Shown: in pieces, positions 41,815 to 55,479 of the stretch
Layout: the number at the start of each line of letters is the position of its first letter
Numbering within the stretch: the first letter of the stretch is position 1
NCBI GenBank assembly: GCA_965649765.1
Contig: OZ287752.1
Coordinates: forward strand, 80,104,001 to 80,168,000
Source of the DNA: Bispira polyomma
Taxonomy: Eukaryota
Length of the DNA: 64,000 nucleotides
Direction: 5' to 3'
Made by a program: the position numbers and the translations under genes
The notes under the pieces: model-generated
Databases searched by the model: none
Seen by the model: the letters and a program-made list of their open reading frames with translations, nothing else
Told to the model about the DNA's origin: nothing

Positions 41815-44800
41815 TCGGAGTCACTGCCCCAAAGCATGACTTGTCAGTCGCACAAATTAGCCACTTTACTGTAACATTCCTAGTGACCAATATGTATTCA
41901 GGGTCGTTAGGGTTCAATACACAATATCGTTTCTTTCTCTTCATTAATAAACCCACAGCCAAAGGGTACACACGTTTGAAAATTAAAGGCGAGGCGAATA
42001 TACATTACAAACGCCGCGATATTATATTTTACATGAATATATATTTTATACATAGTTTTTAGTACTTTTAATGCAACTATTTTACATTTTTTTAATAAGA
42101 GACGATAGTATTGACATTGTTATATATAGTGGAAAAGGTTTGAATTGCTTTTTATTTATTTTTATAAGAAAATAGGTGATTTCTGTTTTACACATGTTAG
42201 TTCTCACTGTCATGGTTAAAACAAATAAGAGCACAGAAGTTATAGTAAGTGTTAGTTCAAACATGGACATCCAGTGGGGGCGAGATTTCTGCTACTTTCA
42301 AAACATCACTTCAAGAAGCAGATTCAACTGGCGTGCTTCCAGACAAAGGTATTGAAACTTACCAGGAGATTTGTTCGAAACAACAGTCCATGAGGGACAC
42401 GTTACTTCACTCATTCACAAAGTTGCAGAAAGATGTAGAGGATTTGAAGTCACAAGGTATCAGTTCTTAAGTTAATTTCACAGAAAACACCGTTGAGTTA
42501 GCCGACCAAGTTTCAAGTTTTGCGTCCCACTCCCATGGTTAAGAAGAGGCTGAATGCAGTTGAAAATGTATTCGGGAACAGCACCATTCCGGTAGTTACA
42601 CTTTCAGTGTCATTAGGGGGACAGTTCATTTTTCCTCTACAACCCGTGTCACAGGTTCACTCGTCCAGCATTTCACTGAATGACATTCTGCCTACAAGAG
42701 ACGTTTTTAGGCATTCTGCTTTAATTCAGAATGAGGTCTCAGTGCGTCTACAGCAGTATGCATCAGCAGCAGCTCAACAACTTTAACAGGGTAAGTCCCT
42801 TCTAAAAAGAAAATCTGGACGTTATAACATAGCCGATACATGTACTTCCGACCCTTTGTTCAGATGGCCGAATGAAGGTTGCTTGTCAGGTATCGACAAA
42901 AAGAGGGTTTCTTTCGATGATTTGACTGTAGCGCAGTTTGCTTCTGGTCAAATCCAGAACATTTTAGAGGTAAAAAATACTCATGTTTCTCAAGCTATGC
43001 TTAAACAACTAGGGGACACATTGAGGGACACATCCAATATTTCATGGGCTGTAGCCAGAAGCTAGAACGGGATGAATATGACAGACATACAAGAAGGCCG
43101 ACTTACTTCGTTGGACAAAACCAAGTGAACAATGAACCGCTTGTCGTACTCTCAAGCTCTTCTCTCATCCAACATCACGAATGGTACTTTGCACAGCATT
43201 TCTAATACAGGAACCAAGTCTCAAGTTCCCTGTCATCATTATCAGTGGAACCAATGTCACCAAAATGCAGATCACGAGAACACGACCACAGTTTTTAAGT
43301 ACATTTGTGCTAATTGCTTTCGGACAAGCCGAAGAGAGAATGTTCACCTTGAAATGAAGTGTTTCAAGATGCGTGGAAAACTGAATTTTCCCACTACACA
43401 GGGACAGGGACAATAGGACAGGAGACGAGTAACAGTTACAGGCAATGTTAGTATTATTAGGAGTTTTGAAATGCCTAATATGATTAGTGATTTTTCCAGT
43501 AGTAGTGACTTAATTTTAGACTGTAAATGTGACTTTGGAAAGACGAGTAATGAAATTTATAGTTTAGATAAGTTAAACAAATTGCATAACGAGATTACTC
43601 CAGGAGGAGTGACTGTATTTTAGACTGTAAATGGGAGTTTGGCAAGATGAACAATGAAATTTTTAGTTTAGATAAGTTAAACATATTATCCAGTGATGGG
43701 ACTGACAAATAGTTTTCATCTGGTAATGCAGATACAAATACCAGTGAAACAACTTTAGTATATAACAATCAGTACAATACTGAAGGTAATGTTTTAAATA
43801 ATGTAATGTTTAATTACATGTCACATCTAATGTAATGTTTTCAGGTTTCCAAACTGAGGACGTTATGAGTAATGATTTCTTACTAAATCATAATGTTCAT
43901 GAAGTTTCAGAAAGTGTTTCTAACGAGTTCCTCATGGATAATAGTTTTCAACGAAATCATAACGTTTATGAAGTTTCAGAATTTTCCTTGAATGAGCCTG
44001 TTTTGTGAAAATCTAAAGATGTGATACATACTTATGAGAAGGATGTCAGTATCAATCCCGATTTGACATATACAGATGTGTATATAAGTGAGAACACTAC
44101 TGCATATCAAAATGCTTATTATGTCATTGACAAACATAACCCAAATATAGAAGGTGTGTTTCAAGGTCAAATTTCAGGTGGCAACCTTGTATTAAAGGAT
44201 GCTTGGATTACATTGGCATATATATGGCCAGTGAATTTTGTCACTTCGTCACTATTTCACATTGTTAATATTAACAAAGACATTACAAAATTCAATTTCA
44301 AGACGAATGTCAACAAGCAAGTAAAGAAATCACATACTGAATTGAAAGTACACAGTACTCAATACTATACAGACATGATTGATAACATGTGTAAGATGGT
44401 AGATAATAAGACATCACATACAAAAAATACTAGAACAGGTCGTTGTACTAAGTATTTAGAAAAACCAGAAATAATAGAACAGATACAACGTCCTGATACA
44501 GATGCATACAAACAGACAATACAACATCACCAAAAAAACTGAGTAAGTCAGAACATTGATTCATTGTGTTTCTTATAAGGTCAAGTTTCAGAATCTACTA
44601 CATGTCATTACACATCTTCTACATTAGCTGTACTTGCACAAGAATTGGACAGGGCTGAGTTGACTTTGGACTGTACTAGTGATAAGGAGGACAGTATTAA
44701 GTTCTTAGATTTCGGTAGTAGACAGTATGGTTTTATACCTACACATAAGTCAGAATTTTCTTTTATAGGACTAGACAGAGAACCTGTGGACATTAAGGAT

Positions 44801-47225
44801 TTTCAGACCTTAACCAAAGTGAGTGACATAGGTAAGGGTACAGGGAAACCAAATTACAGAGAAGATCGTGTACCTTTAGTTTCAGCACTCAACATAGAAC
44901 CTTGGAAAACCTACTTAAAGGACTATGATGATAAGATTGTTTTGGAATACTTAAAGTTTGGTTTTCCCATTACTTTAAATGAAAGACAGTTACTAGATGT
45001 TAAGCACGTTGACAATCATTTCTCTGCTAAAGCTTTTCCTGAGTATATTGACAAGTATTTGTAGAAGAAACAGACAAGGGTAATATTATTACTGTGTCTA
45101 AAAATGACTTAATAGAATAATTTCACTGTTCTCCTTTATTAACAGTCCCCAAAGGGGTGGAACACAGACGTTCAATTTTAAATCTTTCTTACTCAGCAGG
45201 ACTATCTGTGAATGACTTCACTTATAAGCGGAAATATGACGACACTAACTTTATTTTGAAGTTACCGACCATAGACCAAATAGTTGAAGACATTAAGAGT
45301 ATAGGTAAAGATGCCAGACTAGCAAAAGTTGACGTTTCGCACGCTTTCCGAAACCTAAGAGTTGATCCTTATGATAGCCTTAAACTAGGTTATAAATGGA
45401 GAGATAAACACAATATTTGGGCATTCGGTCTCACCCACGGCATGTCGTGTGTTTATGCAAGTTTCGGATACAGTTACCTATATCTTAAAACAAAACGGAT
45501 ATAAAGTATACAACTATATCGATGATTTTATTATCATTGAAACTAAAGCTAAGGCCACCTTAGCATACGAGTTATTACAAAAAGTCCTTACTGATATTGG
45601 TATACCATCGATATAAAAAGGCCACTTTAAGTATAGACAAAGAAAAATTACTTTCTATTCGTAAAGTTTGTTTAGATTTTAAAAATTTGTCGAAAGTTAA
45701 GAAAAACAAGTATCAGTCATTGCTTGGCAAACATTTGTATATTCATAAGTGCATCAAACCTTCTAGAATTTTCCTTAACAGGATGCTGAAACTTTTAAGA
45801 GATTCAACTAGTTCTAAACAAGTGATTTTAAATGATGAGTTTAAGAAGACTTAAACTGGTTTAATAAATTTTTGATTAGTTTCAATGGAAGCATGACTTA
45901 TGAGAATACAAGCACTCTTGAAAACAATGTTTTGGTACAAGCCGACGCTTGCTTACAGGGTATAGGGGGCATTTCACAAGCTAATGCCTTTACAGCACCA
46001 ATACCAGATTGGATGAGAGAAGACTATTTGATTGTGCATTTTGAAGTGCTAAACATACTCGTAGCTTTTCGGTTATGGGCTGACAAATGGCAAGATAAAC
46101 GAATCAGCATACAATCAGGCATCGCTGTAGTATTTGTTATAAAGTCGTCAAAAACTAAAGATATAATGTTAGCAACGTGTCTGAGAGATTTGTAGTTAAT
46201 TTGTGCCTTCATGGAATACTTACATCAGTCTGGTTCTTCTTACAAAATTATTAACAACTACTTGGCTGCTATTAGATATTTTGAAAAGAGTTTCAACATT
46301 CAAAGTTCTCAACCTTATGATCAAAGAATTGCACTGTACCAGAGGTCATTGATGATCAATTGTACTTTTCAACTGAAATAAAAAGGCATTTTTGACATCT
46401 CACAATTACATAGCATTTCGCGTAATTGTCAGTTGTTAGTTCTTCCTGAATTATACAGGACAGCTTTTTTATTTGCCTTTTTTGGTATTTTGAGGATTTC
46501 GAATTTGACTCCAGCAAACCTGATTGATTTTGACCCTACTAGACACCTGACAAGGTCAGACATTATATTTTCACCACCTGGCATTCATATGATTCTTAAA
46601 TGGTCAAAAACAAATAAAAGCAGGCAGCACCAGAATATAATTTAATTGCCAAGCTTAAAAAATCCCTGGCTGTGCCCAGTCAGGGCCACAAAGACTCTTT
46701 TTGTTAAATATCCAAATTTCACTCATGCTCCACTGAATTGGGGGCAAATGTCTTACTTGAGCTAAATTAATAGTCACACTTAAGAATATATTATCACAGA
46801 TTAGTATTCCTCATTCTGGACACTCCTTTCATTGTTTTCTGGTCTGGTGCTTCCTTTGCTTTTAACAATAACATTAACCTTCAAAACATTCAAAAACATG
46901 GTTGTTGGACATCAGATGCCATTTAGACTTATTTAGAATCCAATTCTCATGCAGCTTCAATTATTCCTGAAACTTTTGCTGCCATCATTCCTCCTTCCCT
47001 ATAAATTTTTGGGTTTTGGCCTTTTAAAAGGTTTAAGAATAATACAAAACTTCTTGTATAGTTGTACAAAAATTATCTGTAAATAAAAATTATCAAAACA
47101 ACATCAGATCTTCCAACTTCCACCATATCACTACCACTCTATCTCAACCTTCAAATAAAGGTCAAAATCTCAGAACATCAAGCATACTATTTTGACCATT
47201 ATTTATTACTAGCTATATTGTAAGA
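41815..47225 (+). mobile_element. Tyrosine-recombinase retrotransposon, Ngaro-like, copy D (near complete, decayed)
   Basis: gag (RWPNEGCLSG..SFDDLTVAQF; CHHYQWNQCH..YICANC..H..C), long spacer, RT (KFGFPI, LPTIDQI, KVDVSHAFRNL, NYIDDF), RNase H (ADACLQGIGG), YR (FFGILRISNL, KWSKT, HGCWTSDA); the repeat unit resumes on both sides. Confidence 0.92.
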
Positions 47226-50200
47226 CTGAGAATTTTGTCACAACTTTCACAGCTTTTGTTTTCAACGGCCCTCCTGCTTTGATACTCCTATTTCCTTTGG
47301 TATTCTAAAGAGAGGAAAGAGACTGTCTGTTTCCTGTAAAGCATACTATGATGGACGAAGAGTTTTTTCACTTGCTACCCACACATGTTATGTAACAGTC
47401 TCTAGTTGAGTTTAGATCACTTGAAAGGCTTTCTGGGTTTAGGAGAAAACATTTCTCTTCAAACTAGCTTAACCTCATAATTAACCCGCACTTTACACCA
47501 CCATATCATTTCTTACAACCATGGCTATCTATTTTTGACTTCTTCAGTGGTTAATTGAATCTTTTTTCGTGCTTTAGAAAATGCCTGGCATACATAAGGC
47601 ATGCTAAAAATGCAAAAATACAATACAGTACAATTCTGCAATGTACACATGATGGCCAAGTTAATATCTCAGTCAAAGATGTTACATATCTGTACCTTCT
47701 TCTTGTTTGTGTGTGTGTTTGTCATTATAATTACACAGTAACTACTGAACCAATTTACATGGGGAGCATTTGGTGGAGGGTATCAACCACAAAAGTGTGG
47801 ATCAAATAATTATTTTGCAATATTTGGCACCTTAGCATATGTCTTGTTAATTTTGGTTTCATAAAATTTCAGTTGTCCCATAACAAATGTGCAATATCTC
47901 TGTCAAATTCGTATGATGTTTTAAGGTTTTGTTGGCCTTATCAAAGAGACATGTATCACCGATTTTGATAAGATTTCAATCTTTCTTTGATATGGTCCAC
48001 CAAACATGGTGACATAAAGAAGTGATACCTTTCTTGTTAAGTTCAATCTGAATTAGTAAAAACCATAACAAACACAGAAATGGATTGGAACATTTTACAA
48101 ATTGTATGGATCAATTTTAAAAAAAGGAATAAAAATTCTAAATTTAACTTGTATTTGTGTTTGGTGATGGATGGTAGTTTTATCTAGATGGCAATCAGGA
48201 TTTCAAATTGGTAGTGTGCATCAGACATAACTATTTTAACAGGAGTTGCAAAGAGGCAAATTTTTATGTGAACTTTAGGCCAACTGCTTTAAATAAAACA
48301 TATAATACAATAATAATATTTCCATGGAGAGTTTAAGATTTGATTAGTAATTATGTGTAAGAAATGTGGCAGTTTATGTTTTTGTGGTTTATTTGGTTTT
48401 ACGTCATACTAATAAGTTGATTGTTTTTAACTGGCCAGATTTAGTAATTAGCTTTGTGCAACTAATTTTATGTTCAATAATTCAGAAATATTATTTTACA
48501 TTTAAATTAACTGGCTATGTTCAAAACATGTATAACAACAACCTTTGAAAATACGATGCTGTTTGGGAGTGTTTGGAATCCAACTGTTCTTTAGATTAGT
48601 TTTCACATTAAAAAAATCTTTATCTTTGAATATTTATGTAAAGTTGTACACATAGAGACATTTATATTATAAATTAATTATGCTAAACCTGGCATCAAAT
48701 TTCTTGCATCATACACTTGCCTTATGATTTCTCAAGTGCTGTGACCTTCAGCTCATGACCTTTACGTTTAGTTATTATCACACTAGTAAGAGACTGAACA
48801 AAGAAACTATAAATTAAATTCAAAGTGAACTGCTTAAATTAGTTAGATTTTAAAAGACATTTGCACAGACAATGCATTAACAAAATTGCAAAGAAGAAAG
48901 ACTGATATTTTTGTTCAACAGAGATAAATGTGTACATTTAAAAATCAGTATGTTGAACCCCATTTTGTAGCAGCTGAAGAGGGGTGACAGGTTTAATGTC
49001 AAAGGGGTGTACTAGGAATAATTGGGAACAATTTGTGTGTATTCAAAGGATTATGTAAAAAAGACATCTAACATCACCAAAAACTCTAACATAACTCTGG
49101 AAAAGTTATTGGTCATGTCAGAGGAACATGGTTTGATAAAGATGTGATGTCTCAATGTTGTACTTGTCAAATATCTCAAGGGACAACATCCGGGTTTTTG
49201 TTAGAATGATATTAGTGCTGAGAAAGAAAATGTGACTTCTAATTAGACATAAATGTCAACTCGTCTCATCGAAGCTTATTTGTCCTTCATTTGACATTCC
49301 AGGAACTGATTTTTTTGGGGTGTGTGTTTCTTCTTCATGTAATAGAAAAGTGAAATATTACAGGAATGGAATGATAAAGGATCTTCATTCAAAAGCTGTA
49401 GAATTGACCATTTTGTTATCAATAATACATAGCTTTTTAATAAGGCCAACAAAAACCTTATAATAACTGCCATTTCCAGTGATATTGCATCTTTGTCATA
49501 GAAGACTGATATTTTACAAAAATAAAATGAATAAAAGTTATGTACTGGGTATCTATAATATACCAAAACTAGAAGGTTACTGTTGCAAAATTATTGGTAG
49601 TAACCCCATCCATATTTGATATCAGTTTAGGCCTTGATATGAGTACAATGTTTGTGACAGTTGACAAGGCTGTGAATGTCAGTAGAATCCTCAGAGGTGA
49701 CATAGATGTTCTGCATATATCAAGAGGGGATATAGTCCTCCTGCAAAAAGACACAGACATACATAAAGCATTTGAAGCCGCAGATAAAACAGTTTTACTC
49801 CCTACCAAAAATAGAAAAAATCCTTCCCAAATCCAGAAGACCCTGGTCATATATCTTGGTTTTATGAGTGTCACACTGGGGGATTTATACACCAATGTGG
49901 ACTTCGAATAAAAGAGAACACAAATGAGGGATGTAGCCCCTCTAAAGGGACATAAATGTCTGAAGATATTCTTTGACTAATCAAAGATATAATCTTATTG
50001 AATCATCAGAGTGTATCGTTAGTACAAGATGGTATGGCTCATTCCCTCAAGACACTTTCTCATTTTAATGTTAATGATATTATTTTTTTTACTTCTATAA
50101 TGTTGCAATCCATGGCCAAATATCCTCTGTGGCGCACATTTAAATCAGTTATCAAAAGAATAGTCCGATAGGAGAAAAAGTTTGTGATAAGACTTTAGTC

Positions 50201-52050
50201 GTGACCAGTCAAAAAAGCAAGTTGATCCAAATGTGTTTTGATCTTTTTCCTAAAGCCTGTAATATTTGTCTGATTGCGAAGACAAGTACGGATATATTAT
50301 TTTCTCCCACAGGCCTTGGAGTACATTTGGCTTTTCCTTTATTTCCTTTTTTGTTTTATTAATGTAAGGAAACAGGAGCAAAGGAAGCGAAAATTTGAAA
50401 ACAAAAGTTTTACTTATGCGAGCATACGTTTATATATGTTCAATATGCAAAATTCGTTTCATATTTGTTTTCATTATGTTTTACCTTATAATCCAGTGTG
50501 ACCGGGACATAAAGGGACATTAAGTATGAGAAAAATTCTTTCTTTGTGATCTTGTTCCCTAAAGACATTACTTTGTTCCCTGAATATATAGTATCATGGT
50601 TCACAAGATGGTAACCCATTCCCTCAAGATAGTATCTTATTCCCTCAAGATAGAATCTCGTTCTAACAAAATGGTATTTGATTATGACAAATGGTATCAC
50701 ATTCTCTCAAATACATTCATATTCTATGGGTAACAAAATAATATTCTACGATATTATATATCCGCAGGGAACGTGTTAAATAGAAAAAAGTTGACTTTTA
50801 TTCCATCATTTTGTGACTCAGTATGCGTGATACGTTGGGCATAGAAATATGGAAAAACATATTGAAAGTGGAAAATAGGGTGTGCACTAAAACTTAATGG
50901 TTCCTAAATTGTCATTAAAGTTCTCAAATGTTCCGTGAAGCAGGTGCACATTTGTTTACACATATAGTAATCATTTTAAAAATTCTCAAAAATAAAGTAT
51001 ATTTCAAAGAACATTAAGGAATCAAAATTTTATTATTATTAAGTAATTTGTTATTACTGTCAATAAACAGGGTCACCAAACGGCTTACTTGCTGCAAAAT
51101 TCTCAGTTTTTACCAGTTTAAGTTAAAAAAAATATTTATTCTCTTTAACTTTTTTTTTTTTAATTTTTCACTTCCAGTCATTTGCATCTGTAGGTTGCAG
51201 TCATGTCCTGTTTTAACACCTCAGAAGCATTGGAACAAAATTGGATTACAAATGCCAGAATCTTGACTTATCCAACCCTCTGCTGAAAGTCTTTTCAGTA
51301 ACAATGGTTTTTAGTGGGGCAAAACACATAGAAATGTCAAATTGTATTATAACAGTGAGCTTTTTTTACAAACTTGCAAAAAAAATCCATTATTGGGAAG
51401 GTTTCTTGGGAAAAGATTGCAAGTTTTTGCAAGTCCAAGAAATTGAATTAAACATCCATTCCCATCAGTCTCGTTTTGTGCAAAATGCTTTAAAAAAGAA
51501 GCTACAATTACACAGTATAATGTGGTTTATTCACTAAGAATTGAGATGTATTTGTGTTAGTTTCAGTGAGAGATATAGGATTCATTTACATTTCTGATCT
51601 ATCTTACTAAGGACTTGTTTAACTTTGTATTACTAATTATTACACCATCTACACCAGGAGACATGTCCAAACATTTTCACTATCTGCCGTTTTTGTGCTG
51701 GTAAGATTGATCCAACCGCGGGGTTTCATTGCTAATGCAACCATATTTTGAAAATAGTGTTAAGCATGCAATAGGTTTGAACACTGTATCTATTGAGCTA
51801 CGGTGTATTTTATTTTGACTTTATATTATATAATAATCATATTTATATTTCAGCACAGTATTTCCCTCGGGGCCGTATTCTCCAAATATCTGAAGCTCAA
51901 CTCAGATTCAAGATCAATTCAGTGACGAAAGCGAAGATAAAGTTTTCTTTGAAAGCTATTTTGGTAAGAAATTTGATTGGCTGAGAGGGATAAACAGAAG
52001 TTGTCTTGCCATGCTAATCATTTCCATATAGAAGAGTTCTACATAGCTTA

Positions 52051-53285
52051 AAGACCGAATATAAACCCAGACAAAATAGAATTCATCCTCATAGGAAACA
52101 AGAAAAAAAGTGAAACTCTAAAATCTTTGTTTCCCATCTCCCTGGTGGGAAAAAACATACTACCTTTCGATAATGCCAAAAACTTAGCTGTCACTTTCGA
52201 TTAAGCTTTTTCGTTCGACACTCATATTGTCAACATCTGCTGGTTCTGCTATTACCATATACGTGACATCAAAAGAATCAAAAACCACCTGTCCATGGAC
52301 ACAGCGATAACTGTGGCAAATGCCCTTGTGAGTAGCCGCCTCGACTACTGCAACTCTCTCTTGTATGGAGCAAACAAGTCACACATTAAAAAGTTCCAGT
52401 CCATCCAAAACTACCTATGTAGGGTCATTTTTCACCTAGGTTGTCGCACAGACGTCACTCCTTACCTCAAAAAATTACACTAGCTGCCCATTCAGTCTCG
52501 CATTTTGTTCAAGATTCACTTTACTATTTTTAAGGCTGTAGTCACTCAACAGACCCCTACCTTGCCTCCCTTCTCTCCTTCAGTAACTGCAAGAGAGGCA
52601 ACAGACTCTCTGTCTCTTCCGTCAGACCAATCAGGAAGGCGGGATTCAGAGCGTTCTCCACTGCAGCTTCACGGTTATGGAACAGTCTCCCAGTCAACCT
52701 CAGATCCGTTGACACACTTTTTTGTTTTAGGAAAAAGGTTAAAACCTATCTTTTTAACCTTGCCTACCCACCTTAGCTTCCCTCGTGCACTCCTTCCTTA
52801 CGACTTTGTATTGTCCATGGACTTAATGATTGGACCAATGATTCTGCTGTTGCGTTTTAGAAGATGGCATCAATAAAGCGCGTTAAAAATCGATAATAAT
52901 AATAATAAATATTTCTGCCCCCAATGACGACGTATAAACGATTGGCAACAGAGCGGCTACCATAAGCAAAACGTTTTAAATGAAAATCTGCATATATAGA
53001 GATAGTATCTGGTTGAAATAAATACATACCCTCATTCCTTATACAGGAGTAGTCGATTTTGTGTTACTCATGCCGACATGGAACATATCAATTAATATAG
53101 CATATAAACTAAAACCACAAACATTGGCACAACTCTGTCCGCCATTTCATGTCAGACAAAAAATACTTTTTTGTAGCACTATACGTTCGCTCTCTTTTAG
53201 TGATTCAGCCATCAAAACAACAGCAAGGAATCACATTTAAACCCTTTTTATCCCTGCTTTAAATAAGGACAGATTATTCGGTCTA
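52051..53285. mobile_element. TAGACC-family MITE interrupted by an L2 fragment
   Basis: Left end AAGACCGAATA, right end TAAATAAGGACAGATTATTCGGTCTA; flanks CATAGCTTA / CATAGTTA; 53034-53130 is the reverse complement of 6815-6912. Confidence 0.75.
52062..52910 (+). mobile_element. L2/CR1-type LINE 3' fragment with (AAT)n tail
   Basis: INPDKIEFILIG, AITVANALVSSRLDYCNSLLYG, WNSLP, KTYLFNLAYPP*. Confidence 0.92.
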
Positions 53286-54752
53286 CATAGTTACAGTTGA
53301 GTCTTTTCTCTTTTTTTTGCAAAAATATATAAAATAAGACACTGACATATTAAAACAAAACAACAACAGAACCAATTAAAGAAATTTACTCATTATTGGT
53401 CCCCATTTATGATTATACAAATCGATAGATTTATCCTTTCTATTCACTTTAAATGGGAAACTATGGTTCCTATTACATTAAAATGCCTAACACCTTATCT
53501 AAACATTTCCTTTATTACTGTAGTTGACAATTTCCTGCTTTATATCCCAAAAGTATTGTTTGACTATTTAAAATATCATCAATGTTAAACAAGTCCTTTC
53601 ATCTCAAAAACCCTAAACCTAATTTTTCTTTATTAACCATACAAAACCAAAACAGGTGCTCAATAGTTTTATATATTGAAATGCTCTCATTTGAGTTTGA
53701 GTATGTGTTTCTGTGCAGATTACAGACCACGCTTTCTTGGGATTTCTTACTACTACTGAAGTACAGCTTCAGTAGTAGTGTAGTTGTAGTAGACCAGATG
53801 ACCAGTAACTCTTATTTCTCCAACTGAAAACAGCAGTGGCTTTCAGTACTGTTTCCATACACGCGTACATGTTATCCGTTCACATCACCCCGTACACTCT
53901 GAATGAGGCAATATCATTTGATAGAGTAAAGCCTTGGAGGCATAACATTGCAGAAAATTATTGGAATCAACTTCTGTCGTCCGTATTTGTCGCTCCTGGA
54001 GCAATTTTTGACAGATATGCATGACATATACGAATATGTATTGAGAAAAAAATTTGACATGTATGGGAAACAGGTTCTTTAGCATGCCACTAGGGATATG
54101 ATCGCCATTTTGGATTAGAACCTAAGGCCTGATCCGGTGTTTTACTCACTAGGCCTAGTGTAAGTCTCATTTACTTTTTTCTCTGTTAAGAGTTCAACAA
54201 GAGTGTAAGAACACATCACTGAATTAATATGAAAAATTACCAAGTACATATATTGAAGGATTTAACATTTTAACTTTAAAATGATGGGTTTTGAGACAAG
54301 GTGTGTTGTTCAAAATGGTGCCAGAGTTAAAACGACAATTTCAACCAATATACTAAACTAATTGGATATCATTCTCCATTGTGCACCGTTATCAAATTCA
54401 ACTCCAGACATTTTCTGCTATAGCTGAATGATAGACAACCATTTCTATTGATTTATATGTGGGTATGATGAAAGCAAGCCTTAATTAAGCATTAATTCCT
54501 ATATAACAATCTCTCACATAACTATAAAACGGGTGATTGTCATGTGAATCATCAACCTTAAGGCATACTTTTACTGTAGTTTGGACTTTTCAGATAACAA
54601 GCATTCAGTATTTCTTAATACTATCTTGCTATCTATCTAGCAATGAGGAATCAACTCATAATGTCAACCAACAATGAATCTGGTCTACGCGGAAGGTTAC
54701 AAAAGGTCTTTTACGCCTGATTGCACAAATCAATCAGGAACTATTTTTTTTT

Positions 54753-54783
<31 letters not shown>

Positions 54784-55479
54784 CTGAGTTTGTGATTTAT
54801 CAAAGATCTTCAACCCTGTCCCTATCAGCCTTATCCTTAATGGAAAATTGCAAAACATGATTGATCTGTCCTCTCTGTTTTCTGAAGGGGATGGGGAGGG
54901 GGTGGTTAGTTGGGAGTATTTACACTGATTGTTCAGAAGAGACAAATACTTAGACCTTCTCTTAAAACACAACCCACGTGTGAGTTTCTAGGAGAAAAAG
55001 GTCAAGTGCCTGGCCTGATGATTTGGCAGAGCCGTTATAACAAGGCACTAGTAACAATGTATTATATCTTAGTTGTAGTTTTTTTCTATATTTTCGAAAA
55101 GAAAAAATCATTTGTATTCTTTACATATCTATGCAACAAATGAACAGTTTTAGGAAGAGCATTATAACTTTTAAATAAGGTTTATGTCTATCAACAAGCA
55201 TATTCTCGATAAAAAATGTGCCGCGTTTGTTATTCGCAAAAATTCTGTTGGCAGTCGACAATTATGTTAAGCAGTCGACAACCACCAAGAAGTTTTTTTT
55301 ACTTTCCTTCAGTTCGGCGCATTTGCAACTTGTTAATAATTTAATCAAATTGAATCAGTCATTGTTAAGTGCTAACTCTTCCCTCTACTGATACTTGAAA
55401 CGCCATAACGTTATAATCATGGGTAAAATTCATAATATGAGGAGCATAGCCAAGGTCAACCAAAAAGATGAGCATTCAC

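Larger units (their letters stand above)
21410..51690 (+). repeat. Tandem array of ~4 copies of a ~5.7-kb composite unit (units start near 21410, 31545, 37255 and 41595)
   Basis: Near-identical ORFs at 31480 and 37189 (offset 5709) and at 28594 and 34332; homologous blocks again at 37.5-41.8 kb and 47.2-51.7 kb; unit-start segment also at 21410-21610. Confidence 0.93.

Noticed and set aside
49594-49911. 105-aa ORF with homologues at ~29120 and ~34860 as a candidate duplicated gene
   Set aside because: The other copies are frameshifted, substitutions are largely non-synonymous and no domain is recognisable
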